A stretch of DNA of 64,000 bases from the NCBI GenBank assembly GCA_965219095.1, contig OZ244719.1, positions 653,613-717,612 on the forward strand, in the 5' to 3' direction. Both the position numbers and the translations under genes were made by a program. Source of the stretch: Bdellovibrionales bacterium. GTDB taxonomy: Bacteria; Bdellovibrionota; Bdellovibrionia; Bdellovibrionales; UBA1609. This document shows positions 61,885 to 64,000 of the stretch, piece after piece. Within the stretch, counting starts at the first letter, position 1. The number at the start of each line of letters is the position of its first letter. The notes beneath the pieces were generated by a model that searched no databases, was not told the DNA's origin, and was given only the letters and a program-made list of their open reading frames with translations.

Positions 61885-62577
61885 GTGCTTATGCCTAGTT
61901 TTAAAAAACAGAATGCATTTCTTATAGCTCCTAGTTTGTTAGCTGCAGATTTTTCTCGCTTAGGAAGTGAGGTAGAATCTTTGGAACAAGCAGGGGCTGA
62001 TGCTCTTCATTGGGATGTGATGGACGGACATTTTGTGAATAACATCACTTTAGGACCTTTTCAAATTCAATGTTTGAGAAAAAAAACCTCTTTGCTTTTT
62101 GATGTGCATCTTATGATTGAAAATCCTGAAAATTATATTGATAGTTTTATCGAAGGAGGGGCTGATCATTTAACTTTGCATGTTGAAACGTTGGAGAACG
62201 TTCCTGCAACTTTAAGCCTTATTCGGCAAAAAAACGTGTCTGTAGGCCTTTCGTTAAAGCCTAAAACCCCTGTTTCAGAGATCATCCCTTTTTTGGATAT
62301 AGTCGATCTTGTTTTAGTGATGACTGTGGAGCCAGGCTTCGGAGGACAAGCTTTTTTGCAAGATCAAAAAGAAAAAATCAAAATTTTGAAAGATAAGATA
62401 AGAAAAAGTCCAAGAAATAAAAATATTTTTATTGAGGTGGATGGTGGAATCAATGAGACCACAGCTCTGGATTGTCAAGAGTGTGACATTTTAGTAGCAG
62501 GAAGTTATATTTTTAACAAAAAAAGTAACTATAAGGAATCTATAAAAAATTTAAAAAACATAAGGAGAGATGTTTGA
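61885..62577 (+). CDS. rpe: Ribulose-phosphate 3-epimerase
   Basis: IAPSLLAADF, HWDVMDGHFV, DVHLMI, MTVEPGFGGQ and VDGGIN motifs. Confidence 0.97.
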   Translation: MLMPSFKKQNAFLIAPSLLAADFSRLGSEVESLEQAGADALHWDVMDGHFVNNITLGPFQIQCLRKKTSLLFDVHLMIENPENYIDSFIEGGADHLTLHVETLENVPATLSLIRQKNVSVGLSLKPKTPVSEIIPFLDIVDLVLVMTVEPGFGGQAFLQDQKEKIKILKDKIRKSPRNKNIFIEVDGGINETTALDCQECDILVAGSYIFNKKSNYKESIKNLKNIRRDV

Positions 62578-64000
62578 AGTTTTTAGGTGACAAAAACTTA
62601 ACGTTAAAAGATATTTTGGATATAAGTTTAAACTTTGAAAAAGTAAGTTTAACAGAATCTTCTAAGAAAAGAATGTATTCGTCTCATAACTTTTTGAAAG
62701 AAAAACTCAAACAGGGAGAAAAGCTCTATGGTGTAAACACAGGTTTTGGAGCTTTAAGTTCTATTAAGATATCTGATAAAGACATTTTGGATTTACAAAA
62801 AAACCTCATCCGCTCCCACTCTGTGGGTGTAGGTTCTTGTTTTTCTAAGTCACAGTGTAGGGCCATTATGCTTTTAAGAGTACATGCTTTAGCTTATGGA
62901 CATAGCGGGATTCGTTATGAAGTGGTAGAAAAATTAATCGAGTTTTTAAACAAGGATATTCATCCGGTAATTTACACACAAGGAAGTGTGGGAGCAAGTG
63001 GAGATTTAGCACCCTTGGCCCATTTAGCTTTGAATCTTATAGGAGAGGGAGAGCTTTGGGGAGAAAAAGGAGAAAAAACAGAGGCTTTAAAAATACTAAA
63101 GAATAAAAATATTGAACCTCTGAAATTAGAAGTCAAAGAAGGTCTTTCTTTGATCAATGGTTGCCAAGTTATGACTGCTGTAGGTCTTTTGAGTTTAGGA
63201 GAACTGCAGATCTTAAGCAAATGGATGGACACTATAGGAGCTATGAGTTTAGAGGCTTTAAAAGGATCTAGAACAGCTTTCGATCCCCTTATCTCTAATG
63301 TACGTAATCATTTAGGTGATCTTGTGACAGCTAAGAACTTAAGATACCTGTTAGGTGAGAAATCTCCTATTGGTGAGAGTCATAAAGATTGTGAGCGTGT
63401 ACAAGATGCTTACTCTCTTAGATGCATACCGGCTGTGCATGGAGGTTTTAAAGTTGCTTTGAGACGAAGTATTGAAACCTTAGAAATTGAAGTCAACTCT
63501 AGTACGGATAACCCTTTGGTTTTTAGTGAAGAAAAAAAAATTCTTTCTTGTGGAAACTTCCATGGACAGCCTGTAGCTTTTGTTTTAGATTACATGGCCT
63601 TAGCTTTAGCAGGCACCAGTAGTATGTCAGAAAGACGAGTAGAAAAATTAACCAACTCATCTGAAAGTCTATTACCTTCTTTTTTAGCTTGTCAAAGCGG
63701 TCTTCATAGTGGCTATATGATGAGTCATGTTACAGCAGCAGCTTTAGTAAGTGAAAATAAAATTCTCTCGCACCCAGCTTCTGTGGACAGTATTCCCACC
63801 TCTGCAGGAAAAGAAGATCATGTATCCATGGGGACCATCTCAGCTAGAAAACTCTCAAAGATGCTCGAGAACGTAAAAAACATTTTAGCTATCGAGTACC
63901 TTTGTGCCAGTCAAGCTTTAGATTTTTTAAAACCTTTAGAGCCTTCAGAAAAGGTGAAAAAAGCTTATCAGTATTTAAGAAAAAAAGTAAGTTTTTCTAA
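62574..64000 (+). CDS. hutH: Histidine ammonia-lyase (3'-partial, runs off the window)
   Basis: TTG start overlapping the rpe stop with AAGGAG RBS. YGVNTGFG, GSVGASGDLAPL (MIO ASG), QDAYSLRC, GNFHG and EDHVSMG motifs. Confidence 0.93.
   Translation, partial: MKFLGDKNLTLKDILDISLNFEKVSLTESSKKRMYSSHNFLKEKLKQGEKLYGVNTGFGALSSIKISDKDILDLQKNLIRSHSVGVGSCFSKSQCRAIMLLRVHALAYGHSGIRYEVVEKLIEFLNKDIHPVIYTQGSVGASGDLAPLAHLALNLIGEGELWGEKGEKTEALKILKNKNIEPLKLEVKEGLSLINGCQVMTAVGLLSLGELQILSKWMDTIGAMSLEALKGSRTAFDPLISNVRNHLGDLVTAKNLRYLLGEKSPIGESHKDCERVQDAYSLRCIPAVHGGFKVALRRSIETLEIEVNSSTDNPLVFSEEKKILSCGNFHGQPVAFVLDYMALALAGTSSMSERRVEKLTNSSESLLPSFLACQSGLHSGYMMSHVTAAALVSENKILSHPASVDSIPTSAGKEDHVSMGTISARKLSKMLENVKNILAIEYLCASQALDFLKPLEPSEKVKKAYQYLRKKVSFS

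Noticed and set aside
62570..62590. Apparent frameshift at the hutH start (ATG 62570 hits TGA after 6 codons)
   Set aside because: The in-frame TTG at 62574 with AAGGAG 6 nt upstream gives an intact start.

Overview
AT-rich bacterial chromosome segment, probably Bdellovibrionota. That is an inference from the gene repertoire: bacterial topoisomerase VI A/B, a PF08886-type GshA and paired ArsA-like ATPases. Housekeeping blocks are dnaJ-dnaK, tig, ArsA-pair/gshA, PhoD/HIT, slt-oppBC, radA, bolA-grx, top6B-top6A-truA-rplM-rpsI, clpS and rpe-hutH. They are broken up by a heavy, apparently recent IS expansion (IS3, IS66, IS1634, ISL3, IS5, IS982, IS256, IS481, IS110, IS630). This includes two multi-level nests that I resolved by terminal repeats and target-site duplications (TSDs). 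Best leads: (i) tandem 8-stranded outer-membrane barrel paralogues with near-identical DNA framework and four hypervariable acidic loops; (ii) a three-gene TIGR04255-like/unknown/HNH cassette that could be an undescribed defence system; (iii) a 48-bp ISL3-derived micro-MITE family, one copy with a perfect 8-bp TSD; (iv) covarying structured-RNA candidates in an ISL3 end, in an IS110 non-coding end and upstream of duplicated coiled-coil/nuclease genes; (v) a BolA-Grx4 fusion that keeps an internal RBS; (vi) twin MIGGEGG micro-ORFs before an orphan IetA-like AAA ATPase; (vii) repeated leaderless-type promoter spacing. I recognised no CRISPR array, rRNA or tRNA. All family calls come from motif recognition by eye, not database searches.
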